In this document: piece after piece, positions 10,704 to 22,313 of the stretch | How the letters are laid out: each line of letters begins with the position of its first letter | Numbering within the stretch: position 1 is the first letter of the stretch | Origin: Prasinococcaceae sp. CCMP 1430 | Lineage: Eukaryota; Plantae; Prasinodermophyta | NCBI GenBank assembly: GCA_013416795.1 | Contig: RQSC01001079.1 | Span: 76,629-140,628 of the forward strand | DNA: 64,000 nucleotides | Direction of reading: 5' to 3' | Program-made: the position numbers and the translations under genes | Notes under the pieces: generated by a model | Databases searched by the model: none | Told to the model about the DNA's origin: nothing | What the model saw: the letters and a program-made list of their open reading frames with translations, nothing else

Positions 10704-12515
10704 GTGAAGCCCTCCCAGAGCTGGCCGCCGGCACCGCACTTGTCCCACGCCATGAGCTGCGACATGCTCACGACCGTGTGGCCATCGCCGCTGAGGTCGA
10801 TGCCCATGAACTCGCTGCTCGTGTACCACACGGCAAAGATTCCGACGGTGGCGGCGCTAGCTGTGGAGGGCTGTGCGACGCGGGCGGCCGCGGATGCGGC
10901 GGCAGTGGCAGCGGCAGGCGCCCCCCGAGCGCCCGTCTCGCGTGGGTTTGCGGCGGAAGCCGAGGGGGTCGCGGGCGCTGCCCTCGTTGACGAGGCGGGG
11001 GCGCGCGAGGCGGAGCCCGAGTACGACGGTGCGCGCGCGGCCGACGGTCGTTACGACCCCGCCGCGGGGACCACCAGCGGCGACGACGGTGTCAGCGCGG
11101 CGGACGTGGAGCACGGGTCGGAGCGTCTGGACTACTGGATGTGCCGCCTGCGCCTGGACACCGCGCAGGGCCTGTGGAAGCGCACGCCCGCGCTGGTGCG
11201 CATGCGGCACTCCGCGGGGATCGGATGCCTGCTGCGTGCGGACTTTGAGGGCGCGTCGCGGGCGCTCGCGGCGTCCTTCGGCGCGGCCGAACCAGCGGTG
11301 GGCAGGCACGAAGCGAGCGAGCTGCTGCGCCTCGCGCACAAAGTCGTGGGTTTGGTGCCGTTCGACGCGGGCTCCGAGCAGCGCGAGCAGTCCAAGGCGC
11401 TGTTGCGGCAGCTCCGCGAGCTCGAGGACGCCGCCGTGGACCTCGACCAGCCGATGGTGGCGGCCGTCGGTGCGGCGCGCGCCGGAGAGGCCTCCGCGGC
11501 GCGCTCGCAGCTGAACGAAGCGTTGGAGGCCCGCGAGCCGTATATGCACGACGCGTTCGGCACGCTGCGCGAGCTGCTGCCCGAGCTGCACGGGGCCGGC
11601 ACCGCCGCCACGCAGATGCGCCTGCGGATGCAGCGCGTTGCGAATGCCTCTGAGGAGGGCGCGGGGGCGCTCGAGAGCGACGCTCGCGCCGAGGAGAAAC
11701 TCGCTCGGGTCGAGCACGCGGAGGCGAGGCTGCTTGAGATGGGCGAGATGCTGCTGGCCACGGCCGCGGTGCAGGACAAGACGACCTTCGCGCGCTCTGT
11801 GTTCACCACCACCGAGGGCCCGCCGCTCATCGACGCGATCGCACCGCGCCCCCGGCGCGCGCGCAAGGGCAAACAGGAGCACCTCCCCGACGGTGCGCTC
11901 AAGCTGGCGTGCGCGGCGTGGGAGCTCTCGCAGATTGGCGAAGAGCTGCGCGTGCAGCATGCCGAGGCCGAGGAGCTGCGTGAGCAGGACCACATCGTCG
12001 CGGCCTCGGAGGAGGAGGCCATCGAGGAGGCTGCGGCGCGGGCGCAAGTGTTCGTCTCAAAGCAATTCACGAACTTCGTGCCCAACCTGGCCAATATTGA
12101 GGTCCTTCCGCCCATCAAAGTGGTGGAGAGGCTGAGGACGACACTAGAGGCGTACGACCTGGAGCGGAGGCGCCTGTTTTACCTCGCTGACATGGACAAG
12201 GGCCACCTCAAGACGAAGGGCAGCGTGCCCGAGCGCGTGCAGAGGACCATCGATGAGCTCTTCGTCCTCGAAAACGCGTTGGGTGGCATGGGCAAGACGA
12301 TGCGCGACGCACAGCGGCACCATCAGAAGCTCGTCAAGGAGGCGCGCCCGGCACGCGAGGTAGCGGAGCGCGCGGCCATCGACGGCGAGGAGGACGACGA
12401 TGACTATGGCGACGTGTTCGACGACGACGATTTTGGCGAGGAGGTCGGTGACGAGTTCGGCGTCGACGACGACGACATCGCCTCCCAACGAAGCGGCGAG
12501 GGCGCGAGCACATAA
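10704..12515 (+). CDS. Hypothetical helical protein with an acidic C-terminus; true start uncertain (convincing coding from about 10900)
   Basis: 603-codon ORF. ...[11 protein letters not shown] resembles an organellar presequence cleavage site; D/E-rich tail. No domain recognised. Confidence 0.65.
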   Translation: MKPSQSWPPAPHLSHAMSCDMLTTVWPSPLRSMPMNSLLVYHTAKIPTVAALAVEGCATRAAADAAAVAAAGAPRAPVSRGFAAEAEGVAGAALVDEAGAREAEPEYDGARAADGRYDPAAGTTSGDDGVSAADVEHGSERLDYWMCRLRLDTAQGLWKRTPALVRMRHSAGIGCLLRADFEGASRALAASFGAAEPAVGRHEASELLRLAHKVVGLVPFDAGSEQREQSKALLRQLRELEDAAVDLDQPMVAAVGAARAGEASAARSQLNEALEAREPYMHDAFGTLRELLPELHGAGTAATQMRLRMQRVANASEEGAGALESDARAEEKLARVEHAEARLLEMGEMLLATAAVQDKTTFARSVFTTTEGPPLIDAIAPRPRRARKGKQEHLPDGALKLACAAWELSQIGEELRVQHAEAEELREQDHIVAASEEEAIEEAAARAQVFVSKQFTNFVPNLANIEVLPPIKVVERLRTTLEAYDLERRRLFYLADMDKGHLKTKGSVPERVQRTIDELFVLENALGGMGKTMRDAQRHHQKLVKEARPAREVAERAAIDGEEDDDDYGDVFDDDDFGEEVGDEFGVDDDDIASQRSGEGAST

Positions 12516-12722
12516 TACATTCATTTTTGGGGCAGAGACCAGCGAGCGCAGCGCGCGCCTAGCATGTCTGCGCCCCGTCCGCGCCAGCGCCGCTCCGCTG
12601 GTACACACAAATTGCGTTCGTACACGACCGGCACCGCGACCGGTCAGATAGCAGAAGGCGCGAACGCGCCGCGGCCACAATATAGTACACTCTGCTCCTG
12701 CTGCGGCGACGGAGCCGGCCTC

Positions 12723-13110
12723 CTACCTCGCCGACGCGGCAGCGCAGCATAGCTCGGTATCGAGCGCCGCGACCAACGTGCTCGCGTCGCGGAAGGCGCC
12801 GCCTTTCGCCTGTCCGCCGCCTTCGCCTTCGCCTTCGCACGCGGCGACGTCGCCATTCGCCGCCGCCCCCCGTAACCAACGCGCACGCGCCGCGGCCGCG
12901 GCGACGTCGGCGATCGGCGCGCTCAGCACGCCCGCAGGCACGCTCAGCATCTCCTTTGGTGGGAGGCCGAGCAGCTTGCCGAGCGCGAGCACGTGCGCGA
13001 CGGCGGCGCGCGCGTCGCGCGCGGTTGAGTCGCCGCCCCCCGCGATGGCCGCCTCGCAGCGCGCGGCGCGGCCGCGCGCATCCGCGCCGCGCGCGAGGCG
13101 GCGCGATGTG
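12723..13110 (-). CDS. Possible short hypothetical protein exon
   Basis: Open frame ...AVAHVLALGKLLGLPPKEMLSVPAGVLSAP...; candidate TAG acceptor near 13117 followed by a GT-repeat intron-like stretch. Confidence 0.3.
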
Positions 13111-13633
13111 GGTGCCTAGGAGTCTATGCGTGCGTGTGTGCGTGTGTGTGTGGCGTCGGCTGTGTGCTGGTGGTGAGGGGGGGGGGTAGGCCGCAGCGCA
13201 GCGTGCGGCCGCCGCAGCACGCAGCCGTCGCGTTCGGTGCACTTGTGCACGTATAGACCCTTATTCCGATTAACCCTTAACTAAAACCTCAACCCATCGC
13301 CCCCCGCGCCGCGCCCCGCCCGATTCGCGGATTCCGAATTCGCGCGCGCCCCTCCGCGCGTTACCTCACCGCCTCCCGTGCCGAGCGCGCGCGCGCGCCG
13401 ACCATTTCGCCGCGCCCGGCCCGTAAAAAAAAATTCGACGGGCGGGAAATGGCAGCGCGAGAAGTCGTCGTGATGGCAAACCGCATAATTTGCGCGTGCG
13501 TATTTCCGGACGAAGCTTTTTGTGAGCGCGCGTGTGCTTTTTTGGCGGGGCGGCGCGGGGCCAGACCGCACGCGCCGCGCGCGCGGCGACCAGGGGAGAC
13601 CCCTCCCCCTCCCCCGAGGTCCCCGTAGCCGAG

Positions 13634-13870
13634 GTGAGCGCGAGGAGAGGGTGGGATGACTGGGCGGGGCCGGGCGGCGGGGCGATGGGTCCGAGGGAAA
13701 GGTGCGCGTGTGCCTGCGCGTGCCAGAGTGGATAGGCGTCACGGCCCTGAACGCAGCGCCATCACGGTCACCGCAGCTGACCTCAGCCCCGCGATGCGCC
13801 GCGCCTCCCGCGATGCGCCGCCCGTGCGCTCGCCCCGTCGCCACCCTGACGCGGGCGCCGCGCACCGCAG
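13634..13870 (+). other. Probable 5'-UTR intron of CCT3
   Basis: GAG|GTGAGC donor at 13634, CTGAC at 13846-13850 and CGCAG acceptor at 13870, 30 nt before the ATG. Confidence 0.5.
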
Positions 13871-13899
13871 GTCCCTCGGCTCGTCCCCCGCCTGCAGCC

Positions 13900-15582
13900 A
13901 TGCAGGCCCCCGTGATGGTCATGAATACCAACACGAAGCGCGAGTCGGGGCGCAAGGCGCAGCTCGCCAACATCAGCGCGGCCAAGGCCGTCGCCGACAT
14001 CATCCGCACGACGCTCGGGCCGCAGTCGATGCTCAAGATGATCCTGGATGCGAGCGGCGGCATCGTGCTCACCAACGACGGCAACGCCATCCTGCGCGAG
14101 ATCGACGTGAGCCACCCGGCCGCCAAGTCGATGATCGAGCTCAGCCGCACGCAGGACGAGGAGGTCGGCGACGGCACCACGTCGGTGATCATCCTCGCCG
14201 GCGAGCTCATGGCGGCCGCACAGCCGTTCATGGAGAAGCAGCTGCACCCGACCGTGGTGGTCAAGGCGTACGCCAAGGCGCTCACCGACGCCGTGGACGC
14301 CATCGACAAGATCGCCTTCAACGTGGACACCACCAACAGGGACTCCATGATGAACATTCTGCAATCGTGCATCGGCACCAAGTTCACCAACCGATTCGGC
14401 TCCATCCTGGCCGAGCTCGCGCTGGACGCGGTCAACTGCGTGGCCGTCGACCTCGGCAACGGCAAGAAGGAAATCGACGTCAAGAAGTACGCCAAGATCG
14501 AGAAGATCCCCGGCGGCCAGATCGAGGACAGCCGCGTGCTGGCGGGCGTCATGTTCCAGAAGGACGTGGTCACGCCGGGCAAGATGAAGCGCAACATCGT
14601 CAAACCGCGCATCCTGCTGCTCGACTGCCCGCTCGAGTACAAGAAGGGCGAGTCGCAGACCAACGTGGAGATCGTCAAGGAGGAGGACTGGGCGACGCTG
14701 CTCAAGATGGAGGAGGAGTGGATCGAGAACCAGTGCAACATGATCGCCGCCTTCAAGCCCGACCTGGTCGTGACGGAGAAGGGCATCAGCGACTTCGCCG
14801 TGCACCATTTCTGCAAGATGGGCATCACTGCCGTCCGCCGCCTGCGAAAGACCGACAACAACCGCATCGCGCGCGCGGCGGGCGCGACCATCGTGCACCG
14901 CTGCGACGAGATCAAGGAGAGCGACATCGGCACCAAGGCCGGCCTCTTCAAGGTGGAGAAGATCGGGGACGAGTACTTCAGCTTCGTGGTCGACTGCGAG
15001 GAGCCGAAGGCGTGCTCGATCGTGCTGCGCGGGGCGAGCAAGGACGTGCTCAATGAGGTGGAGCGCAACCTGCACGACGCCATGGGCGTGGCCAAGAACG
15101 TGGTGCAGGACCCGCGCCTGGTGCCTGGCGGCGGCGCCGTGGAGATGGCCGTGTCCAAGGCGCTGTCGGAGAAGGCCAGCTCGATCGAGGGCGTGGAGCA
15201 GTGGCCGTACCGCACGGTGGGCGAGGCGCTGGAGATTATCCCGCGCACGCTGGCGCAGAACTGCGGCGTGAACGTCATTCGCACGATCACCAAGCTGCGC
15301 GCCAAACACGCGGATGGCGAGAGCAGCACTTGGGGCATCAACGGCGAGACGGGCGAGATCCAGTGCATGAAGGAGCTGGGCATCTGGGAGCCGTACGCCG
15401 TCAAGGTGCAGGTGATCAAGACGGCGGCGGAGTCGGCCATGATGCTCCTTCGCATCGACGACATTCTGTCGGGTATGTCGCACAAACAGCAGGGTGGGGG
15501 GCGCCCGGCTGGCCCGACGGGCACGCAGGTGGACGAGAACGCCGGCGACAACGTGGACTCAGAAAGGCAGCTGGCCGAGTAA
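13900..15582 (+). CDS. CCT3: T-complex protein 1 subunit gamma (CCT3), intronless CDS
   Basis: MQAPVMVMNTNTKRESGRKAQLANI...TTLGP...TNDGNAILREI, GDGTTSV, KIEKIPGG and LLRIDDI. Confidence 0.98.
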   Translation: MQAPVMVMNTNTKRESGRKAQLANISAAKAVADIIRTTLGPQSMLKMILDASGGIVLTNDGNAILREIDVSHPAAKSMIELSRTQDEEVGDGTTSVIILAGELMAAAQPFMEKQLHPTVVVKAYAKALTDAVDAIDKIAFNVDTTNRDSMMNILQSCIGTKFTNRFGSILAELALDAVNCVAVDLGNGKKEIDVKKYAKIEKIPGGQIEDSRVLAGVMFQKDVVTPGKMKRNIVKPRILLLDCPLEYKKGESQTNVEIVKEEDWATLLKMEEEWIENQCNMIAAFKPDLVVTEKGISDFAVHHFCKMGITAVRRLRKTDNNRIARAAGATIVHRCDEIKESDIGTKAGLFKVEKIGDEYFSFVVDCEEPKACSIVLRGASKDVLNEVERNLHDAMGVAKNVVQDPRLVPGGGAVEMAVSKALSEKASSIEGVEQWPYRTVGEALEIIPRTLAQNCGVNVIRTITKLRAKHADGESSTWGINGETGEIQCMKELGIWEPYAVKVQVIKTAAESAMMLLRIDDILSGMSHKQQGGGRPAGPTGTQVDENAGDNVDSERQLAE

Positions 15583-15897
15583 TCGCGCGCCGCTCTGGGG
15601 CGCGCCGCGCCGAGGCGCGCCGCGCAGCCCACGTCGAGCCCACGTCGAGCCCGGGCGCAAACCCCTATCAATACTACTTCTTTTGTATGACGCGGCGCCT
15701 CGCGCGCCTCGCCCCGGGCGCCGCCAGCAGCCCCCCCCCCCCGCAACGCGCGTCGCGCGCCGCGCCTGGCTCCTCGCCGCGCCCTCGCGCCGCGCGGCGC
15801 CCTCAACGCGATACCAATGCGCCAATTCCACGTACGCACGTACACGCGCACGTGCGTGTACGCACGCACGTTCATTCGAGTGGATGGCCGATTTTTG

Positions 15898-15997
15898 TTT
15901 TGTTTTTTTGCGGCGGGTGCCATCAAACACCATCTTCGGTGACAGCTTTTGTTTTTTTTGCGGCGGGTGCCATCAAACACCATCTTCGGTGACAGCT
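15898..15997. repeat. 50-bp direct tandem duplication
   Basis: cggcgggtgccatcaaacaccatcttcggtgacagct at 15911 and 15961, each preceded by ttttg(t)7-8g. Confidence 0.95.
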
Positions 15998-16185
15998 GGC
16001 GGGGGCGGCGTCGACGCCACTGGGCGCACGCCCGGCGCTGCTCGGCGCCCTCGCCCCGTGCCATGGCGGGGGGGCGCAGGTGGGGCGGCGGAGGAGTGGG
16101 CGCGCTCGCGGGCACGTGCGCGGCAGATGGCGCGGGGTGGGCCGGAGCGGGCGGCGGCGCCGTGCCGCTGCAGCGCCCTCCGGAC

Positions 16186-18372
16186 ATGGTGGGGACGGCG
16201 GGCTCAGGACGCGGCGCCGCCGACCCCGACGAGCACGCTGTCTTCGTCTCCGTCGCAGATGCGCCTACGTCACGCGTGGTCGTGTACACCGACCGCGCCG
16301 AGGTGACGCGCGCAGTGACGTCCGTGCGCGTCCCGGCGGGCCGCACGCGGGTGACGCTGTGGAACGTGTCGGCGCTGCTTGTGCACGAGAGCGCGCGTGT
16401 CGACGGCAGCGCGCTGTCGAGCTCGAGCGGAGGACACGGCGCGCCTTCGGTGGCAGTGCTCGAGGTCAGCGAATCGCGACGCATGGGCGTGCCCGCGGGC
16501 GCGGCGCCGCCGCTGCGGCAGGCGCTCGAGCGCGCCCAGGCAGCGCTCGCCACTGCCGAGGCAGCGGTGGCGGACGCGGCCGAGCGGCTGAAACGCGCGC
16601 ACAGACGCAGTGAAATGGCAGACACAGCGGTGGAGAGCGCGCTGGGTCGCAGCAATGACGGCGTTGGCGGCAGCAGCGCCTCGCCGCTCACGCGCCTCAC
16701 CTCGGAGTTCGCAAGTATCAACGAGCTCCTCGACTGGGCGGACGCGCAGTTCGACGCCACGATGGTCGCAGTCGGCGAGCGCCGCGCATCGCTCGAGCTC
16801 GCGATGCGCACGCGCGACGCGCGGAAATGCGATGTGGACGCCGCGCTCGCGGCACTCGACGAGCCCGCGGCGCAGAGCGCGCAGCCGGGCGTGAAGCCCT
16901 TGCGAAGGAGCAAGGGGCCGGCCTCATCCATCAGCGCAATGGTGGAGACATCTGGGCCCGCCACGCTCTCGCTGGAGTTCACGTACATGGTGTCGGGTGC
17001 GCAGTGGGCGCCCACCTACGACGTCCGCAGCAGTGCCGACCCGCTCGCTGGCGGCGCCGGCCAGGCCATCACTGTCGGTTACGTCGCTTCTGTGACGCAA
17101 AGCACCGGAGAGGACTGGGCATCGGGCGAGCTCACGCTGAGCACTGCACGGCCCAATGTCGGTGCATCGCCGCCTCACCTGAGGCGCAGCACGGTGGGTC
17201 TGCACTCAGTGCGCGCCTTTGAGGCTTACGGCGCGGCAGGAGACTCGTTCGCCGCCCAGGCAGAGCCGATGCAGCGCACAAGTCGCGCCCGGATGGTCAA
17301 GCGAGGGTCGGCTGAGTTGGCCATGGCAGCAATGGACAACAGCGCCGATGGTGCAGGCTACGAAGACGCTGAGGAGGACGAGGCGGTGCTCTTTGCAGAG
17401 GCGGTGTCATTCACAAGCGCTGTTGTGGCCGAGAGTGGCACCAGCACTGAGTACGTGGTGGCCGACGCGGCCGCGGTACCCTGCGATGGCCAGCCGCATC
17501 GCATCACGATTGCCACCATGGAGCTCGCGTCGAGAATGAGCTACATTGCCGCGCCCAGGGCTGCTGCCAAGGTGCGTGCGCCATACCTTGCAGCGCCGAT
17601 GCCCTGCGGCGGCCCTCGAGGCCACCTCCCGTGTCGTCTCCTATCCCTGCGCGAGTTGCTGACGCGCGTCCACGCGACCCCGCTCTCGTTACTCCTCGTT
17701 CCCAATCGCCTGCATCCAGGCCTACCTCACTGTCAACACCACCAACGACTCGGAGTTCGTCATGCTACCTGGTATCGCCCGCGTCTTCCAGGGAAACCGC
17801 TTTGTCGCCTCGACGCATCTGCCCCTCACGCCCGCTGGCGGCAAGCTCATTGTGCCTTTCGGCACGGACGACAGCGTGACCGTCACGGCGGAGCCGGAAA
17901 AGGTGATCGGCGACTCCAAGGGCTTCCTCATCAACGAACGGACGACCTCCAAGCAGCGCCACGCGATGGGCGTGACCAACAACAAGAGGGTGGCCGTGGA
18001 AGTGCGCGTTGAGGACGTGGTGCCAGACTCAAGCCACGAGGACGTAAAGGCGCGTAGCCGCGACATGCGCGGCGCTCTGGCGCTCTGGCGCGCGCGCGAG
18101 CGCGCACGCGCGAGCGCACGCACGCGCGAGGGCGCAGCTTCGAGCACCCCGAGTGCGCGTGCTGACGCCAGACGTCGCGCCGCTCGTCCACGCAGGTCTC
18201 AGTGGTGGAACACACGTCAGAAGCGTGCGCCGGCTGCACGCTGGCGTTCGAACACGAATCCAAGAAGCAGGATGCCGCGTGGAGGCTCGTGCTACCGCCG
18301 GGCGCCAAGCAGCAGCTCACGCTGCTATACGAGGTCTCCTGGCCGAAGGGCAAACAGGTCTTTGGCATCTGA
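16186..18372 (+). CDS. DUF4140/DUF4139 (MuiA-like) protein (exons 16186-17571, 17720-18049 or 18043, 18196-18372)
   Basis: SRVVVYTDRAEVTR, YMVSGAQWAPTYDVR, VTQSTGEDWASGELTLSTARP, AYL...LPG.ARVF, VPFGTDDSVTV and C-terminal WRLVLPPGAKQQLTLLYEVSWP. Confidence 0.88.
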
Positions 18373-18640
18373 GGACGGAAGCAAGCGAGATGCAGAGCGG
18401 GCACGCTGTAATAATAGACAAAATGGCCATTAGTGGCTCTCTCTGGAAGTCCTACCCGCAGTGGGCGTGCGAGAGCAGGCCGGAATCCAAGCGCAGCGTC
18501 GGAGAGTGACCTATCCTCCCGACCTCAGCTCAACTACTGCAACGCCCGCTGCCGTGCAAGCCTGCGGCCGCCGAGGGGCGAGCTGCGCCGTGTGCGCGCT
18601 CTCTGGCCCTGGCCGGCAGTGCGCCCGCGCGGCTTCCAGT

Positions 18641-19704
18641 TTATTTCTTCTTGTTCGGTTGCAGGCCTCCAAACCATCCCGTCTTCTTCGACTCCTTGGC
18701 TGGCTCCGCCTTGGCAGCTGTGAATTTCTGTGTGCCACCGCTCTTGAAGAGAGAGAAGCCGCCGGCGGCCTTCTCCACGGGTTTGGCCTCCTTCGCGGGT
18801 GCGGCCTTCTTGCCGACGCCGAACGAGAACGCGGGCTTCTTGGCCGCCTGGGCAGGCGCAGCCTTCTTCGCGGTCGCGGCCTTCTTCGCGGGCGCGGCCT
18901 TCTTGCCGACGCCGAACGAGAACGCGGGCTTTTTGGCCGCCTGGGCAGGCGCGGCCTTCTTCGCGGGCGCGGCCTTCTTGCCGACGCCGAACGAGAAGGC
19001 GGGCTTCTTGGCCACCTGCGCGGGTGCGGCCTTCTTCGCTGGCGCGGCCTTCTTCTCCGTGACCTTCTTCGTCCCTAGGCCGAACGAGAACGCGGGCTTC
19101 TTTGCCGCCTGCGCGGGCGCGGCCTTCTTCTCCGTGACCTTCTTTGTCCCCATGCCGAACGAGAAGGCGGGCTTCTTGGTCGCCTGCGCTGGCGCGGCCT
19201 TCTTCGCTGGCGCGGCCTTCTTCACGAGCTTCTTTGCTGGCGCAGGTGCCTTCGCAGCAGGAGCAGGCGCAGCCTCCTTCGTGGCAGGCGCCAGGCTGCC
19301 AAAAATGCCGCCAAAGAAGCCGCCGACGGGCGCCTTCTTAGGGGCGACAGGAGCGGCCGTCGCTGCTGGCGGGGCCTGCACGGGGGCAGCGACGGCCTTC
19401 TTGGCGGCGGGCTTCTTCGCCTTCGCCGAGCCCCGGTTGGCGGGCGCGGCGGGCGGCGGGCGGCTGAACGTCTTCATCTGCTTCACCTCTGTGGCGGCAA
19501 TCGCCGCGAGTCGCTCGCGCTGGAGCTCTTCCTTGGAGGGCTCCTTCTTGGCAACGGGGGCGGGCTCGGGCTTCGCCGCGGGCTCTGGCGCGGCCTCAAC
19601 CACCTCGTCCTCGGCGACGGCCGGCTCGCCGCCGGCCGCGCGCGCCGGACGCACGCGCCGCGCGCCGCGGCGGCGGGCGCGCCCATGGACGCCATCGACG
19701 CCAT
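18641..19704 (-). CDS. Disordered Lys/Ala/Pro-rich repeat protein with a transit-peptide-like N-terminus; 1-nt frame discontinuity near 19630-19670
   Basis: MASMASMGAPAAAARGACVRRARPAA is in one frame. The main body (AVAEDEVV...5x KKPAFSFG...KKTGWFGGLQPNKKK*) is in the adjacent frame. Confidence 0.75.
18790..19225 (-). repeat. Coding tandem repeat (KKAAPA linkers plus five KKPAFSFG[M/L/V]G units)
   Basis: Repeated gccgaacgaga(a/g)gcgggctt(c/t)tt and gcggccttctt units. Confidence 0.95.
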
Positions 19705-20184
19705 CGCAGCAATCGACGCCTTCCCCGCCAACACTTCCCGAACCCCGGGCGCGCCCCTGCGCACCCTCTGCCACCCTCCCCTCCCCCACCCCCCACCCCC
19801 CACGCCCGGCTGCGCCCGCAGCAGGGAACGACCCAAATCTGCACAAAAATCCATAATCTGCAGTTAGTGAAATTTCGAACCACCCTTCCGCGAACGCACT
19901 TCTCATTCCACATCAAACAACACTCACCCGACCCGATCACTAGCTTCGCGGAATAAATTCACCCAAATTTCGCGCGTTCGAATTAGTTGGATCGGGCGCA
20001 TATCCGCCGGCGCCCGCACGGGAAATCCGCCGCTGCCCGCAGCAGAGGGGGGGATCAGTTAGGGGTTTATTTAGGGTCTGATCAGATTTCAGGGTCCAAG
20101 TTTGGTTTTGGAGGACGTGCGATGGCCAGCTGTTCCCCGGAGGGGGCGGAGCCAGCCAGCGCCGCGCTCGCGCGCGCGGTGTGT

Positions 20185-20231
<47 letters not shown>

Positions 20232-20403
20232 TGTGGTGGTGGTGGCGGGGGTTGCCGTGCTGTGGCTGTTGGTGTGGGTGGGCGGGTTCGGGTGGGTGTG
20301 GGTGTGGGTGGAGGGGTGGAGGGCGCGGGGAAGGGCGCGAGTGGTCACACGGCGAGGCCTGACAGGGGCGGGGCGGGGCCGCCCGCGTCCCGGCGCCCCG
20401 GCG

Positions 20404-22248
20404 ATGGAGGCGGTCCGGCGGCGCTGCGGCCCGACGGCGGCGGCGTTCGCTTTGTGCGTGCTCGTTGGCGCACTAGCCTTCCTGCCGCGCAGGGTGCGTT
20501 CCGACACTGGCGTCGGGGACCGGGCGTATCGAGCCCAACCGACGCGCGCCTCCGCCTCCGCCGCGCGGCGGGTGCCGTTCTACGACGAGCTCGAGCGGCG
20601 CGGCGGGGAAGCCAGCGTGCGCGTCTACGCACAGCCGCTAGATTCGGCGCGGTTGGGGCGGCATGTGGACGCCCCACTCGAGCAAACCAGGCTGTTGCCG
20701 GAGCTATTTCTGCTCGGTGGCGTCAAGTGCGCCTCCACATTCATGTTCGAGTGCATCAACTCGGGCATCTTTGACGTCAACTCGGCGTGCGGCCCCGACG
20801 TGAGCAAGTGGAAGGACTGTGTGCCGAAAGATGGGAAGCGTTACATCGTGACGAGCCTCAAACAGGTACGCGCGCTAGAGAGGGCATGGGCGCGCGCGCG
20901 CCCGATCGCGATCGCACCGCGGCGCCGGTCTCGCTGACCTGCGCGCTCATTCATGCGAACGACCCCGGCGCCAACCCGCGCGTGCGCCCGCTCGCTCGCT
21001 GGCGCGCCACGTGCGCGCGTGCGCGTGTCCGTGGGCCCATCAGGCCAAGGAGCCTTTTGGCTACACAGACATGCAGTTTGCCCAGGGCGATATCCGCCGC
21101 TACGCTGGCCCCGACGTGCCGTTGGAGCTCATGCGGTACCACGACCCGGGAAGCTTCATGCGCGAGGGGGAATTCCTGGACAAGCAGTGCAAGCCGAAAG
21201 CTGGCGCCGTGCCCGGTGGATGCCTCGCAGGGCTGTGTCGCCTGTCGGAGCCTTCCGGAGGCCCGCTCAGCCCCAGAGCCGACAACATGACTGTGCTCAA
21301 GCGCTGGACGCACCCTGGGTGCACTGTACGAATGGCCGGCCCACAAGGCAAGAAGGCGCCGAGTGTGCAACTGATGCATCACTACCCTTGGCGAGAGGAC
21401 CTGAGCGAGGCCGCGGTGGCTGCCGAGGGGACGCCCAACTACCTAATGTCGAAGCACGTGGCCGAGCGCGTGGCCAAGTACAAAGCTGGCCGCGAGAGCA
21501 ACCTGCGATTCATCGTGCTTCTGCGCGACCCGGTCGATCGCGCGTACTCAGAGTACTCCATGTTCCGCACATGGGGTTGGGAGAAGGAACCCAACGTGAC
21601 GGCCGCGCTGCTCAAGAGGCGCGACGCGCTGGCGACGTGCACGGGCGGGCTCGTCTTCGGGAATCGGCAGAGCGCCTTCGACGACATTTCCATTGAGGAG
21701 CTTCGAAGCATTCACGAGAGGTGCTTCGACGGCAAGGCCACCAGATATTTCGAGAACGGGCTGTACTACATTGGTCTCAAGGTGTGGATGTCCTACTTCG
21801 ACCCCTCGCAGTTTCTGGTCATGACCTTCGACGAGGTCACCAACGCGGAGCCCGAGGTGTGTCTGCTCGCGCGCGCACGCGCACCCCGCGCCGTGCTTAC
21901 ACGAGCGCGGCGCGCGTAGGTTCGCCAGATGCCCCTTTCGGTCGGCACTGCGCGCCCGCGCTGACCACGCGCGCCTCGCGCGTGCCCGATTACGTTCCAC
22001 AGGAGCTGTTGGGACGCATCGCAGACTTCGCCAATCTGCACCTGCCGGACAAGACGACCGCGGCCTCGCAAGTGTACTGGGGGCGTGCAATGAACAAGTG
22101 CCAAATTCGCAAGGGCCGGAAAATCCCACAGCACCAGACCACGGGGCACATCACCGACTCTGACGAGGCAATGCTGCGCGAGCTCTTCAAGCCGTGGAAC
22201 GACAGGCTTGAGCGCCTGCTGCCGAACGTGCCGATCAACTGGGCGTAG
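20404..22248 (+). CDS. Type II membrane (Golgi-type) PAPS-dependent sulfotransferase (exons 20404-20865, 21044-21856, 22003-22248)
   Basis: N-terminal TM; 5'-PSB-like LPELFLLGGVKCASTF, Q|AKEPF; 3'-PB-like RFIVLLRDPVDRAYSEY; C-terminal LRELFKPWNDRL. Confidence 0.88.
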
Positions 22249-22313
22249 GGTGGCGCCTGAGGCAAGGTCGCAGTCAGGAGATGGTTCTTAATACATGAAC
22301 ACACTAGAGCTGG

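Noticed and set aside
13442-13449. E2F site (GCGGGAAA) upstream of CCT3, and similar TTTSSCGC words elsewhere
   Set aside because: Such words are expected frequently in a CG-rich genome and have no independent support.
15898-15997. CRISPR array
   Set aside because: Only two adjacent copies with no unique spacer, no cas genes, and a eukaryotic context.
13281-17015. Very long antisense ORFs (1244 aa here; also 59719-62216, 47654-48300, 49724-50818)
   Set aside because: They are shadow frames of real genes caused by extreme GC3 bias and scarce stop codons, with no independent domain signal.
18641-19704. Nucleoporin Nsp1/Nup62 (KPAFSFG matches the yeast Nsp1 FxFG repeat)
   Set aside because: There is no C-terminal coiled-coil anchor, the spacers are strongly basic K/A/P, and the N-terminus looks like a plastid transit peptide.
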